Notes: generated by a model not told the origin, from the sequence alone. A stretch of DNA of 62,334 nt, filler included, from Sluysia triapertura (GCA_046118255.1; 5 parts of 5 records of this genome joined end to end with filler, not necessarily neighbours in it); one strand, 5' to 3'. Counted from the first letter of the whole stretch, positions 26,601 to 40,400 are shown. Numbers and translations are program-made.

Positions 26601-28054
26601 AATTTTATTTCTTACAGAGCTATTGCTGACAGAAATCAGGGAAAAATTGCATGATAGGTTTTAGTTAGAATTTGTTTTTACCAATTTAAAAATATGCCCC
26701 TGCTGACGTCAAATAAAGTCAACACGAAGACATGAAATTTTCAGCAAATGTTTATCAAACGAAAAACAGTAGAAATAATTGTGTAGACAGCATCAGGTGT
26801 GCTAACAGTATTGGATGCTGTGTGTGGTGCATCTGTAATAACACTTTGTACACCTTGGATTCATCAATGCGTAACTGAAGCAGCTATCCAGCTCAGCCAC
26901 ATCTGTTTGCACATTGGCAAACATTGTCCATCATCAGGGTTATTTCAGTGAAAATACATAGGTGTACCACCACCTGCACTGGTTAGAGGGGGCATCACAT
27001 TATTGAGCTGGTCTTCCTGATGAGCTCATAACCACTTTTTACAAGCTGTGGAGATAAGCTGTTGCTCCAACTTACACTATAGAAGATGGCTGATAGCACA
27101 TCCGCGTCACAAAAAGTTCTTCCTGAGCCTCCCTTGTACTCGTAAAAACCTAAGCCACTTCATTAAATATCATCAGCAATGACCCTTCCTGTGAAGAGTG
27201 TCAGTGTTGTGAGTTCAGCCTGTTCAATTTCTCGTTCAGGTGAACAGTAGTCATAAGATGAGAAGATAAGCTTATTTCTCTATGTTGTGATTAAATCTTC
27301 ACAAAATATATTTGAGCATAACCATCCATATCCAAACCCAAATAGTTATTAATCTAAATATATCATTTGTTGGAATTGTTTAACATTTTCCCGAATATTA
27401 TGTTTTCAAAGGTATATATGATGTTATTTTTAACAGTGAGAGTAACATTCGCTATTTGTGAAAAAAATTAAATTAAAATTTTAAAAATGTGTGAATTTTT
27501 ATTATTTGTTAAATTTGTGGTGACATTTCAAAACAAGTCCACATAAACCCTGAAACATTAGAACACGCACAATGATCAACACACATACACGTCTTACTCA
27601 CTGGCTGAATTAACAGCCTAAACACGGGCTTAACAACTTTGCCGGTTCAGTGACTCAACATGAATCCGACAAAATATAGACATAATATACATAGATTTTC
27701 TAACATTTTGTAGTAAGCTCCTTTTTTTGGCAAATGTAGAACACTTTCATGGGACAACTATGAAGCCAGTAAGTTTAGAAAAAGTGTAAATACTGTCTAC
27801 TGCTTGTATAACAATGTAAATCAGCTGTCCCCTCAATCACAACAAACAGCAATAAATGTACAAACCTGTAGCAACAGAAGTGAGTGAATACCAACTTTTG
27901 TGTTAAATTATATTTCACAGTCTGCACTCACTCCTTTCAAAAGAAAGACAGAAAATGCATTGTGGCAATAACAAGTTCAATATAAAACTACATTTTAAAC
28001 ATGAAAACCCTGAGAAATGCCACTTGGAACTATGTAGCATAAACGCATCCGACA

Positions 28055-31000
28055 TCATAGTAAGTCTTGATCGCAGGATGAAGGAGTTTGAAGTCCTTGA
28101 CTGGCGTAGTGTTCTGTAAATGTCCTTGCAGGTTCCCACGTGTCATCCCATACTTTCCCACTAAAAAAATGACAAACAATATTCTAATCAGGTTATGGAT
28201 TTATTGAAGGACAAGAAACTTGATCACAGTGTTGTAATTTAATATACACATGTATGCTTTATTACTGCTGTATTGCATACATGTAATTGGAGAGGTAACT
28301 TCTGAATCATATCCACAAAAGGTCCAACAACTTTGCACTCCATCAAACAGCACTTGTATGAATAGAAAACTAAGTTTTTTGTATTTATCTTTAAGATGCA
28401 TAAGTGTTTTTAAAGAATTCTGTGGTTATCAGTTGCATGCTACGAATAGATTATCAATAATTTTATTTTCTGAGTAATTCTGGTACAATTATTAGAAATT
28501 TACAGTTCTAACACAATCTTAAGGCTATAGAACGGGCATCGACAATTACAGGCCTAGAGGGGCCACAGCCCTGCATGTTTTACTTGTTTCTCTACTCCAA
28601 CACCCCTGAATTGAATGAATGGATGATTATCAGGCTTCTGCTGAACTTAGTGGAGGTAATTATCTGACTGAATCAGGTGTGTTAGAGAAGGGACTAAAGT
28701 AAAACATGCAGGGCTCCAGACCTGATGATGATGGGTGCTATAGATTCAGCAGCCAAAACTAATTAAAAATTCTGTCAGACATGAACATATGCTTGCTTCT
28801 TTGTCACTCACAACACTGATTTTAGATCATGTCTTGATTGTGCAGCTCTTATGTGACAATTACGGTCCAGCAGAAATAAATTAAAATACTGCATGTAGTT
28901 TAATTTCTAAGATTACACATCGAAAGATTATTTTACATAACAATGTATGTTTTGCCGATCTTGTGAAAATGTCAACAAAGAAACAAAAAAGCCCCACTAC
29001 TTTTGTACTTTAGTTACTACGCAGGCATAATATGAAACAGAAATTTAGCATTTTCTATACAAGCAAAACTAACAACTTACCACGCAGAGCACGGAAACCA
29101 ATGTACTTTGACTTCTTCTTGTCCCTACACATTACACAAAAAAAAGTAAATATTAGATCTGAAAGCATTCATTCGTGCAGTGGTTTTCAATTCCGGTCCT
29201 CGTGACCCACTATCCTGCATGTTTTAGTTGTTTCCCTGCTTTGGCACACCTAATTTAAATGAACAAGAGATTGTCAGGCTTCTGCAGAACCTAAAGCATG
29301 GGAAGCATCTAAAACATGCAGGATAGTGGGTCCCGAGGACCGGAATTGAAAACCAATGCATTAGACAGCAAATCAATTGTGCCTTTACAATGAACAAAGT
29401 AGTTTAGAAATATTAAGGACAACAAATGTTGACTCTATTCCCATTAGTGCTTCAACGTAACTATTTTCAAAACGCAGTAATTAGCGTACCACATACTACT
29501 AATAAAAGCTGCACGGTGGACAAAAAAACATTACAGTTTATAGCCATTTTGTAACATTAGAAAAGTGTTTACATGAGTTACAATGTGTATGTTTAAGGTT
29601 TTCTTTCATTTAAGACTTCATACACTATACTCAGTAAATTTCAATGTTACAGTAAACGAAAAATCATTCGAACAAAGTTGCCACATGAAACCAATAGAAG
29701 GATATTTTCATTTGACTGAAGTCACACAGAATGCAGGACAGTTCATTGACTGGATCTTTGCATTTATTATCCTTTATTGTACTGAAGAGAGAAAATTCGT
29801 TCTCTGCATTTTACCCATCGCACATGTGAACACACATGTGGAGCAGTGGGCTTTCAATTACAGAACCCGGGGAGCAGGTGAGAGGTTTAGGGGCATTGAA
29901 GAATGGACCAAAGGGGTTGGTTTGGGGAGTTGAACCGTCAGTGACTCTTCTCTAACCTATACACCACCACTCCCAAAAAGTCCTGACAAAATCTGTAAGG
30001 CGAGAGAATGATAAGAATCTCTAAAAAGTTATAAAAACTAATGATGACTGGTGACATTAACGTATGTTTTTGAGGGCTTATCTATGTGAATCTCCTGTCA
30101 CCGTACGTTAGATAATTTTACGCTAGCTTATTAAAAAAGGTGTCTAAAAATTTGATCAGATATACAGTTCTTTTCCTCTGAATGTTTTACGTACCTGCAA
30201 AATTTTACATTGAAAATCAATTAAAAATATATACACAAAATTATACAATAATTTTATATTTTTGCCTACGCCAAGGTTAAATTTTGTGTTATTGAAAATG
30301 GTAATTTCAGCCGATGATGTCACCATCTTATAGCACAAATGAAAATTTTAACGGCACAAACCAGCACAAACGTAGCACTAGAAAAGTAGACCACTTTTGT
30401 TTGTTTTGGAGCAGGATGGGGTGGTGGTGACGTCATCGGCTGAAATTATAATTTTCAATAACTCAGAAACAAAAGCAGCACAAACAAAACTTTTTATGGC
30501 ACAAACCAGCACAAACGTAGCACTAACCATTCAGTCTATTTGCTGTAATTTTTAACGTGGGTGGGGTGTCAGCTTCACACAGCTTATTATTGCTGGTTTT
30601 GGTAGCCGTGGCTTCGTATAAAGTTGTACAGATCGTCTGTGGAGTAATGGATTTTCATTCATTTCGCATACAGACCTATAGGACTGTCTTATCTTTTTTT
30701 TTTAATTTATAAGCTATTAAGTTTCAGAGATGCTAGCATCTCCCCTGCTCTTTTGGCCGCTGCGGACTTTGCTATCTATGCGGCCGGCAGCACCACCCCC
30801 CAGCACACATCTACGCATTTGTCAGGTCCGTCCTATCACAATTGAAGCCATGGGTGTAAAATGCACAGCAAGCCACTGTCTAACATGCCTATTCACCAAG
30901 TAATAGCTAAGGAAATTATTGGTTTTATTGGATATTTTACTAACCCTTGGGAAAAGACATTTATTAGATGACAAGAAACAATTAAAACAGCGCTAAGTCT

Positions 31001-34000
31001 TACAGCGTTTGTCCTGCTTCCTGTGATTGCTTCAAACTGGAACACCTTCTGCCTACTACATTTTCGGCAACCTAAAAAAGAGGACAAAACAAGCAAATAT
31101 TTTATACACAAAGTAAGAAAATAAATAAGCGAAAAAATACAGAGCCCTATTACACGAATCTAGGATATGGGATTAAGATGGGATTTTGGTGTAAACCTGA
31201 ATAAATTAAGCTTTGAATCAGCTGCATGGGAGGCGAAGAACTTGTGCTCTGAAACTAACCTGGTCCTGATGTGGTTTAAAGTGAAGTTTATTTAATCTGT
31301 TTATGTTTCTGACCAGTAGATAGTCAATTTACTGCAAAACAGTTGATCTAACAAAACTTTACAATCTTAAATCAACTAAAAAGTATTTTTGATCTTGTTT
31401 TCAGACCGATATACTAAACAAGATCAGAGTATGTTTGTTTATTGGTATTTGGCTTGAACTTAAATAGCGCCTTATCTGTCAACTTGTAACCCAAGGCTCT
31501 TTAAACTTCAGGCATTCAAACAATAGTGGTTTTTATAGGGGTTATAATTATTAATTTGAAAAGATTCAGTATAATCCAATAGTTGAAATTATTTTGTGTT
31601 GGTTAATTTCTGCAATGTCTGATCAGAATTAAGTGTAATATAGTTAATATTTTTTACTTTACATCACCATATTTGTCAATATATTCGTTTGTTCATGAGA
31701 TTACATGTGAAAATAAATGACAAAAGTTAATATCAACCTCAGATTCCTTCAATAATCTAAGTGTAATAACAATCTGTCATGCCATTATGCCAAGTCCACC
31801 CCTTCTTTTTAAAGAAGAGTAATTTCAGTGTTTGGAGATTGACGTCAGAGACCCATTAAAGATAATCTGTCATTTTTAGCCCTGTTATCAGTCGTGGAAT
31901 TAAAACACCTACTAAAGCCAAGAAATGGAAAGAATAAAATGGCAGCAATGCCGTGCCACCAGTGGGTTGCTACAGTTAGTGACTGTATGACCACAGGAGA
32001 CATAAATATAAATAAATTAACTTCAATCAACCACCTTCCAACCAGTACTACAACTGTTCTGATGCTACAAATAAGTTATCAACTTTTCTCTGTCCTGCTT
32101 TGCACTGCAAGCACTGTTATCTACAGTCTGCCTGCAACCTCATTCACCTCATGAGTAAAAAGCATTTTAGTGAAAATGATGGATTTCTGAGGGTGACAGG
32201 TGAAAGTTTGAAGTGTTTACATGATTCACCTAAAGAAAATGTTTGATATGAAAAAGGCCTCAAAAAACATCTTGCCTTTGCAATTAATTAATAATTTCTG
32301 TTGATTCGTAGTTTAAGGTCTTTTAACTTTTATTGTAGTGTTATACAACAGCATTCATTACCAAAGTAAATTAACTCATTTGGGCGCATTAATACATTTA
32401 GAAATAAAATTCAAATTGTAGAGTCAAACAGAGTAATGTCAACATAATTACGAATTCTGATTAATTTTCAACTGAAAATGTATACAAACTAATGCAATGT
32501 AAAGTTATGATTGAAGAAAACCAGTCTTGAGACTGACTGCAGACTGACTGTACATAAAATTTACGACAGGTCTGGGTGCAAAGTAGTCCATGGTAAAATT
32601 ATTTTCACAAACTAAAACTTTCCTTGTTAATATTGCTGGAATATTGCCATCTAAAATAAAAATAAATAATAATTACATTAAGCAATACATCTCTGTTCTT
32701 TATGACTGTTCTAAAAACAGCAAAACCATCCTGAGAAGAAGTGGGCGGAGTCTCTGCTTGGGTTACCAGGAGACCGGCTGGCCTCAGGTTGGGGTGGGCT
32801 GGAGTACAGTTTGTGACATCCTAAACGGTGGTGTTTGATAAAAATTTAATTTCAAGAGATAAAAAAATAAAAATACTTATAGTATAACTACCTATGAGTG
32901 CATTTTTTTGGTGCTTCGACTTTTTTATAAAGCATTACAGACAGAAGTAAAAAATAAAAAAGTGAATTTTGCATATTAGGTCCCTTTTAAGAACAAATCT
33001 GTTTGTACCAACAGTTTTTGCATGATGCTCAATGAGATTTACCTTAAGTAATTTTGAGGGGATAGGCAAATACAGTAAAACAAGTAGAGAAAAAAATATG
33101 GTGCAGTGGTTCAAAAGTTCTCATATAAGGCATAAACAAGCATAAATGTATGACATTGAGTCAATGTGTCAATGTGAAAGAAAGTTAATGAGTTAATTGA
33201 AAGGGTATGGAAAAAATAACTTACCCTTAATTTTTACTTTTTCAAGAGGGCCTCTCTGACTCAAACACTGAGTGATGGCATGGTCAGCTGGTGGAGATGT
33301 TTTTTGAGCAGCTTTAACTTGTTTTTTCTTTTTCCGTAAAGGCTGGGGGGATGGAAATACTGAAGGAGAAATAGGAAAAAGATCAAGCACCAACAAACTT
33401 TCTTTCTGATTGTCTGGCTGGATCTTCAGAGGCTCATCAGTAAGCATCTTATGATGCGTCTCAGACTGGTCCTCAGAAAGCATCTCATGATGCTTCTCAG
33501 GCTGGGCCACAGCAAGCATGTCATGCTGTGTCTCGGCCTGGTCCTCAGTAACCATGTCATGCTGTGTCTCGGGCTGGTCCTCAGTAACCATCTCATGCTG
33601 TGTCTCGGGCTGGTCCTCAGTAACCATCTCATGCTGTGTCTCGGGCTGGTCCTCGGTAACCATCTCAGGCTGTTGAACACATTCTTCACTGGATGGAACA
33701 AACTGCTGTTCGGTGGAGTTTTGGGGTTGCACTGATACAGAAGTTTATAGTAAACATGTAGTTTCACACAAAGCACACATACATATTGAGATATCTATAT
33801 ACTAAACATATATATAGTGTGTGATTTTATATACAGTATAATTCTTTGTTTTAACATATTTGGGCAATTTTTTTATGGTTGCAAGCTGCGCAGCCCACAT
33901 AGTAAGCTCTACTGCTCTTCACAATCCAAGTAACAATAGTTTTTCAAACAGTCAAAGACGTTAAACATTGTTAAAAAATACAATTTTCTACATATGTACA

Positions 34001-34676
34001 AATTTAACACTTACCTTGACACAACAGAAATTCATAGGATTTTTGCATTTTGTCCAGGAAGTCTTTTGTTGTAGAACTGGGTTCCAAATATGTGATAGTG
34101 TCTGCTACCCACTGGTTATTTTGACCTTTTGCTTTTTTGCCAATAAATAAAATTGGCTTGTAGCCGATTGCATCAAGTTTTCGAACCTGAAATTGATAAA
34201 AACAAAAGAAACAAATAATTTAAAACCACCATGTCATTAGCTGCCTGAAACTATTGTTTATCTTCAGAAAACAATTGTAAACATTGTTTTATGTTGCCTA
34301 AATTACATATTCTACAGTGTGTTATCATGGGAAACTCTTAATATAATCATCTGTATTGTCTAAGTTAGAAAGTAAAAATAAAAGGACATGTGTAGATCAC
34401 AGATTATACTGTCCTCAATTATAAGAAGGATCAAATAAAACAAACAGGTTTTCAGTCATATAAATTCATACTTACAGCAATACGGGCATAATCCATGATT
34501 CGGCCAGTGTTTCTGTGTTTCAAAACAGATTGCCCCCATTGGCTATTCAGTGACTGAACTTTTTTATTTACTTTTTCTTTGGTGGACAGACTTCCAAAAC
34601 ACACATAGCAAGTCTTTCGATTTGCCTGATTGGGGGTCTTGCACGCTTGACAGGGACTGAATTTTGGGCGTGTCAT
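28055..34676 (-). CDS. Teleost-like uncharacterised 365-aa protein: N-terminal zinc ribbon, central 12-aa repeats, C-terminal Cys-inserted chromo-like domain
   Basis: Six GT-AG exons join in phase into one 1098-nt ORF: 34676-34476, 34186-34015, 33731-33225, 31071-31004, 29124-29081 and 28160-28055. N-terminus CQAC..N...RKTCYVC. C-terminus CRKCSRQKVFQFEAITGSRTNAGQEEVKVHWFPCSACGKVWDDTWEP. Confidence 0.85.
28532..28736. mobile_element. Older hAT-type MITE (intronic)
   Basis: Internal inverted repeat gccctgcatgttttact / agtaaaacatgcagggc, with an 8-bp direct flank GCTATAGA at 28524-28531 and 28737-28744. Related to the 29178 element. Confidence 0.7.
29178..29358. mobile_element. hAT (Charlie-like) MITE with long TIRs (intronic)
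   Basis: CAGTGGTTTTCAATTCCGGTCCTCG...CCTGCATGTTTTAG is a near-perfect inverted repeat of CTAAAACATGCAGG...CGAGGACCGGAATTGAAAACCAATG. The flanks CATTCGTG and CATTAGAC match at 5 of 8 positions. Confidence 0.85.
30288..30525. repeat. Interleaved inverted and direct repeat module (intronic)
   Basis: Inverted repeat 30288-30325 vs 30425-30462, and an exact 28-bp direct repeat ggcacaaaccagcacaaacgtagcacta at 30353-30380 and 30498-30525. Confidence 0.85.
32700..32990. mobile_element. Possible Kolobok-like non-autonomous DNA transposon end
   Basis: Ends in aaaagtgaattttgcatattaggtcccttTTAA, resembling fish TTAA-flanked repeats as I recall them. The left boundary is uncertain. Confidence 0.3.
33446..33668 (-). 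repeat. Coding 36-bp tandem repeat (about 6 units, EMVTEDQPETQH)
   Basis: The unit catctcatgctgtgtctcgggctggtcctcagtaac is repeated and diverges toward the protein C-terminus. Confidence 0.95.
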
Positions 34677-35512
34677 GTTACCCCCCAAAAAAACAACAAA
34701 AAAACAAAAACAAAAATCTGTGAACAAGACAAAAAAAAACGTCTTTGGGAGACTTAAAAAAAACTAATGGGTGCAGATCAATGAAGAACCTGTAGAGAAA
34801 AAGCGGAAAGTGTTCAGAATTCAGGCAGAAATCGGTCAGAATCAAAACCATTTTTTTCTCCAACCACTGTACGGTCACTAGAGCAGATCAGTAACTTATA
34901 TCTATAAGTACACACATTGTTTGTATTGTTGTTTGCTCTGACACAGAGATGTGAGCATGTCATGGTGTACGAGAAGAAAATTCCACCAATTTACTGTGTG
35001 TTCATTCATAAATGAATCTAAATTCAGATATACTTACTACACAGTAATAGAAAACATACACAAGTGGAGAGGACTTTGCTCAGCTAATGGATGTTAGACA
35101 TGCTTTTAAATGTACAGTACATCAGAGCAATAACAATACATTAAATTTTCAGTGATTTGATGTCAGTACGTTTAATCTTTGATCTGATTTAAGGCTATAA
35201 TGCAGTTGAACCTCCAACCTAAGCACACTGAAGCTTTCTGCAACACTTACACTTTAAAAAGTGGGGGAAAAAGTAAGAGTATACACTTCTTTGTGACTTT
35301 AACATGGATAATTGCGGCCTAAATACAGACAAAGTTGAACGTGTTTGGCTAACAGCTGCTAGCTTAACGCACATTTGTAAAAACATGCATCTAAATGCCT
35401 TTCATCATTCACTATTCCACTGACCTGTAACTACATGTAACAAACTGTTGAAAAACAATACTTTGAATTATTGTGCTTTAGTACAACCATAAAGAAAGTT
35501 TATTTTACTCAC

Positions 35513-35640
35513 GCGTGTGCAGTGGTCGCTGGTGGTCGCTTGAAATGACGTCAAGAGAGGGGGAGGAGAGGCGGAGCATTTTACGCGGCTTCCGGATGTT
35601 TACTCTGTTTCCTTGACAACGAGCTGGTTTCGCCAAAGCT
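35513..35640 (-). promoter_or_regulatory. CpG-rich promoter / non-coding first exon of the contig 3 gene
   Basis: Splice donor GTGAGT (GT at 35512-35511), CRE TGACGTCA at 35546-35553, GC-box-like GAGGCGGAGC at 35568-35577, ETS-like CTTCCGGA at 35589-35596. Confidence 0.65.
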
Positions 35641-36136
35641 AGCTAAACATCTCATGTTTATAAGATAAAAAAGTACCAAAAAATTGTTAAAAAAGACATA
35701 AAGGAAACGATTATCACATTTACGTACAGTTTGAAAGATTTCGGAAGAAATTTTTAAAAGTTCACGCCAATCAGAAGACTAATAATAATTTTAACATTCA
35801 AATTTTGCGATCTTATTAGAGGAGCTTTTGGGATAATCCGACCAAGCCGAATTGATAGTCATCGCACTAAACGCCGAGGGTTCAAATAATGTGCAGCTGA
35901 GACCTTCCTGACTTGAGATATAAATGAATTTATTTTGTAGGCTACCAAAACAATAGGTTAACAAATAGTCCAGGAATACACTTGCACCATATAAAACTGT
36001 GAACTCAACATCTGCAAAAAAAACCTTCTCATGGAGAGGTAAGTCATAGGCTGCCAATTATAATGTATTACTGCGTAACATGCATTAAAAATAGCGTAAA
36101 TCTTTTTTTCATTGACAGCCCCCTTTAGTCTAATTA

Positions 36137-36226
36137 TGACGAAATGGGGCGCCCTTTTCTTTTTTTTTTAAATGTAACATTCAATGGCAGCCCCATTTCG
36201 TCAAATAATGACGAGATGGGGCGCCC
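36137..36226. repeat. Short motif TGACGA(A/G)ATGGGGC(GCCC) in direct and inverted copies
   Basis: Copies at 36137-36154 (+), 36190-36203 (-) and 36209-36226 (+). This arrangement is typical of subterminal repeats of a DNA transposon. Confidence 0.6.
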
Positions 36227-36381
36227 TTAAGCGGCACAATGTGACGCCGAGGGTACCCTTGCAAAGCGTCAAACATATGACGGGTAGGGAGTGAGAACGT
36301 GTTGGCAGGAGAAACTGTCTTTTTGTGCAAATTCATACATTTTTGCAGGAAAATCCAGCAGGAGAATCTCAATATACCAGG

Positions 36382-36481
36382 NNNNNNNNNNNNNNNNNNN
36401 NNNNNNNNNNNNNNNNNNNNNNNNNTTAATTAATTAANNNNNNNNNNNNNNNNNNNNNNNNNNNNNNNNNNNNNNNNNNNN
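36382..36481. other. Artificial contig spacer
   Basis: 44N-TTAATTAATTAA-44N. Confidence 0.98.
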
Positions 36482-36652
36482 CAAATAACATCACTAATTC
36501 TGCTAGAAGACAGAAATTCATTGCATAAAATATGTACTTATCAAAAAAGACTATTGATACAAAAAAAATACAGTGTAACATTTAATTAATTATTTATAGT
36601 TTCTACTTTAATTTCTGTAGAATTTAAATTAATTATAGTAAGAATTGAAAAT

Positions 36653-38119
36653 ATGGCTACCAAAAAGATAATTTATGATTCTGACGTGGTTAGTTCTACA
36701 TTATTATAATGATTTAATACTGATTTTTAAAATATAAATAAGCACCTATTTGATTTTATTCAATTATTTCAACTTACGATACACCGTATTAAAACGATCT
36801 TTATAAGTTATTAAATAATCTTGAATATATTATTACATCAATAAGTTTAAGTATTTAATTAATATGTAAAAATAAATTTTTTCAGAGAAGCTCTAATTTT
36901 TAAAATAACTTTTAGTTAGACATACGTACATAATGAAAAAAACTCAAATTTTAAAATTTACGAATTAACCTAATTCCTAAAATGGCCACCTCAATCTTCA
37001 GATTTCAACTCCATCGTGTTGATATTGGATGAGCTCACTAGAAAGGATCAACTTCCAAAAATGTGTTCTGGTACACATTGGACGCTGTTTGGTGGAAAAT
37101 CGAGCCTGATACTTTACAAAAATTAATTAATCGTATATAAAAAAATCTGTGCTGTAGTTATTAAAAATCGAGGAAAATATTTTGATGAATATTTTAATTT
37201 TTGTAAATAAGACGTATGTACACTAAAATATATAAAATTTGGATGAATTTATTTTTATAAATTAATATAAATAGTGTTTCCTTACGCTTTTTTGAATTTA
37301 TATTTTTGCCGATATATAAATGTTACACTTATTCTTATCAGTCGCAATGATTCGTACAAATAACTTATACTACAATATCGTTTATGTTTTAGTATTACTT
37401 GATAATACTAATAATTTCGCAAAAAAAGAAACTGAATAAACGCTGGTTGTAAGACAAAATTAAAAATCTTTAAAAATATTATGCATTAAATTTGTAAAAT
37501 AATAACTTTAATTTATATGATTTTTTATTAAAATTGTTCTAAATAGGAATCTGATGATTCTGAAGAGAAAACAGAACACGAGTGTGAATCTATCGAAATG
37601 ACTAAGTTAAAAATGGCAATTTCTCATTTAAATGGAACTTTGAAAAGGAAAATAGATCAAGATCCTTACCTAGTGGAATTGCTTCTGCCTGTTTATTGTT
37701 TACATCGATTCGAGCCACGGTACATACCGTTAGAAAATACGGTAATAATTCAATTGAAGGATTATCAATTAAGTCACAGAGATATTTGTTTTGCCGTTGA
37801 AACAACATTGGCAAAAGCTGATAAAAAGTGGGGTCGTCATACTATAAAAATGATTCAATTTTTGTCTTACAGAAACAACTTATATTGGATAAAAGGTTTG
37901 ATAAAAATTATAATTACGATAAGTTTAGAAATGTCCAACAGATGGATTATTCAATTAGATCGTGAGGCTGCAAAAGTTTATTTGGTAGAAAATGGTTTAA
38001 GCATATTGAGTCGCACTTTTAAAGTTCGTGATTACAGTGAACTACAGCGAATTGAAATTCAACTTTGGATGATCCAAGATGAAATTCAAAAATCTCAAGA
38101 AAACTATAAACCATATTAA
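36653..38119 (+). CDS. About 191-aa protein resembling C19orf81/DUF4732
   Basis: Proposed exons 36653-36688, 37547-37895 and 37929-38119 (33-nt in-frame intron 37896-37928); AATAAA at 38175. Motifs SHRDI..AVE, IKMIQF, NRWII and LVENGLSI..F.VRDY resemble C19orf81 as I recall it. Confidence 0.6.
36980..37189 (+). mobile_element. Tc1 transposase C-terminal remnant (inside the proposed intron)
   Basis: KWPPQSSDFNSI (consensus WPPQSPDLNPIE) and LINRI*KICAVVIKNRGKYFDE. Confidence 0.8.
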
Positions 38120-39935
38120 AACTATAAACCCTATTATTTAACAAAAATTAATTTGATGCACTTTCTTAAATTCAAATAAATATAAATAATAGATCACTTA
38201 CTTTATTGGTTGTATTTTTTAAGTAGAGTGATATGTTTCTTCCCGATTATTTTTAATTTTTATTAAGATACCAACACATTATCACATCAGATATTGTTAA
38301 TCTTATGCATAATAATTGACATTTATATGTAAATAAAATTTAATGGCCACATATTTTAAGAAATGATTGCAACTATTTTCATATCTTTAAATTGAAATCA
38401 AATTTAAAACATATAATATTAGTAAAAATGTATATTGATATTTACTATTACTAAAAACATAAACAGCAAGAAAGTTGTGTTTTTATCTTTTTAATATTTA
38501 AATTAACGACGATAATTATAAACGCAATTTAATGATCATGAATTTCAATTTTTTATAACTAATAACACAATAAAAATCATATAATAACGAACGATATCCA
38601 AGCCTTTTAAAGACAATTAAATATACATTATTATTGTGGAAATTAGTGTGATTAAAGATAGATATTTGTTTTAAGTTAGATGCCTTATTCTTATCGTAAG
38701 TTCTCTATGATACTGGACTTACTCACTGAAGGGCCAGCACATAGATATGCAGCTTAAGAAAAATAAGATGGGAGGTATATGTTTATCTTTATTCTTAACT
38801 CTACGTATTTCTAGATTCTAGATACTTACAGCAATTGAGTTTTCGTAATCTTTTATAATTTAAAGAATAAATGAAGTGTTATTATGATTCGAAGGATGCA
38901 AAATATTAATTTCAAGTATTATTTTATTTTCCAAAAAATTATCAAAATGTTTAAATTTTTACTAATATACAAGTTCTGAAAAAGACATAATTAACGTTAT
39001 GACCTATTTATTAATATAAACACAAAATCAATAATATAAGTTTAATTATATACTTAAAAATGTAAAATCAAACTTACATAGGAATAAAAATTTCAATCGT
39101 CAAACGCATTTATATGTAATGTCAAATATACAAGAGTTATCTTAAATAAGAACATCACACAGAATACTAAAGATTATTTTACACAATATTTAATATTAAC
39201 TTTATATTTAATATTAAGGTATCGTAATTTATAAAACAAAATTTATTTTATAAATAAATATTACTAAGTTATAATTTAAAGTTAAGTGTAATTTATACAA
39301 TTAATTTAAATTTTTCTTAAAATGATCAGAAAACTAACGATTAGTTAAGGTAAACTATTAAATTGAATTTCCAGAGATTAAATTGATAAATGAAGTACGA
39401 TTTGCTTTTTTCAAATAAAATATATCTTCCAAAGTATAAACAATTTAATTTTCTCTTCCAAATATGACCAATACAACAAATATAAATTATAATTTTTTAT
39501 AAAATAGAGTTTTCGCCAATTGTAAAATATATCTTCTTAAAGTATGAAATATAATTTTCTTTCAAGTATAAACTAAAACTTTTAATATACTTTTAAAACA
39601 TTAAATACCTTTTGATATAGCACAAATACATGTTCATGAATAATTATTAAATGAAAATCTCTTAATTTAGACATAAATGATGATAAATCTTACATAGTTA
39701 AACTTTGAAAACACAATTACAGAATAAACAAACATCACAATTCCTAATAAAACCATATAAAATATTTTATACTTGATAATGTGTCTATAATATTTACACT
39801 TTATAGTTACATTAATGATGTCTTTATGTATGTTTAAACAGTTCAATAGTTATTGGTCGAAGCTAAAATCAAAATTATAAATATAATAATTAAATACATT
39901 TTGTCGCATAAATTAATTTAATCTAAAATAGATTG

Positions 39936-39972
<37 letters not shown>

Positions 39973-40400
39973 TTTGTTTTAATTGTAACATAATGTTCAA
40001 TTTTAATCTAAGATTATTTTTCGAACTAAAATTAATAAAATAAAATAATAAAAATTTAGTGATAATTAATTTATACATAAATAATAATTTTTACTTTAAA
40101 ATAATTAATTTATACATAAATACATAATGATTAAAAAATACATAAAAATAATTTTTATTTTAAGATAATGTTTAAAATAATTCCTCTACATATTTATAAA
40201 AAATTTTTACATTAAAAATAATTATATTGCTTTCTTTTAAGCACATTTTAAAATAAAACTTCGTAGCATAAAAATTAGAATTGTTATGACATGGGAGAAA
40301 GAATTCAAAACCATTAAGATCACTAAAGATAAGAGATAGTAAATATTACTTCAATCGTCGAGCATCAATCATTCAGGAACATAAAATGTTTTTCAGCACC

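Noticed and set aside
33426-33776. Overlapping repeat ORFs (116 aa minus, 94 aa plus), and the idea of a CRISPR-like array
   Set aside because: These are shadow frames of the 36-bp coding repeat. The units are contiguous with no spacers, and the context is eukaryotic.
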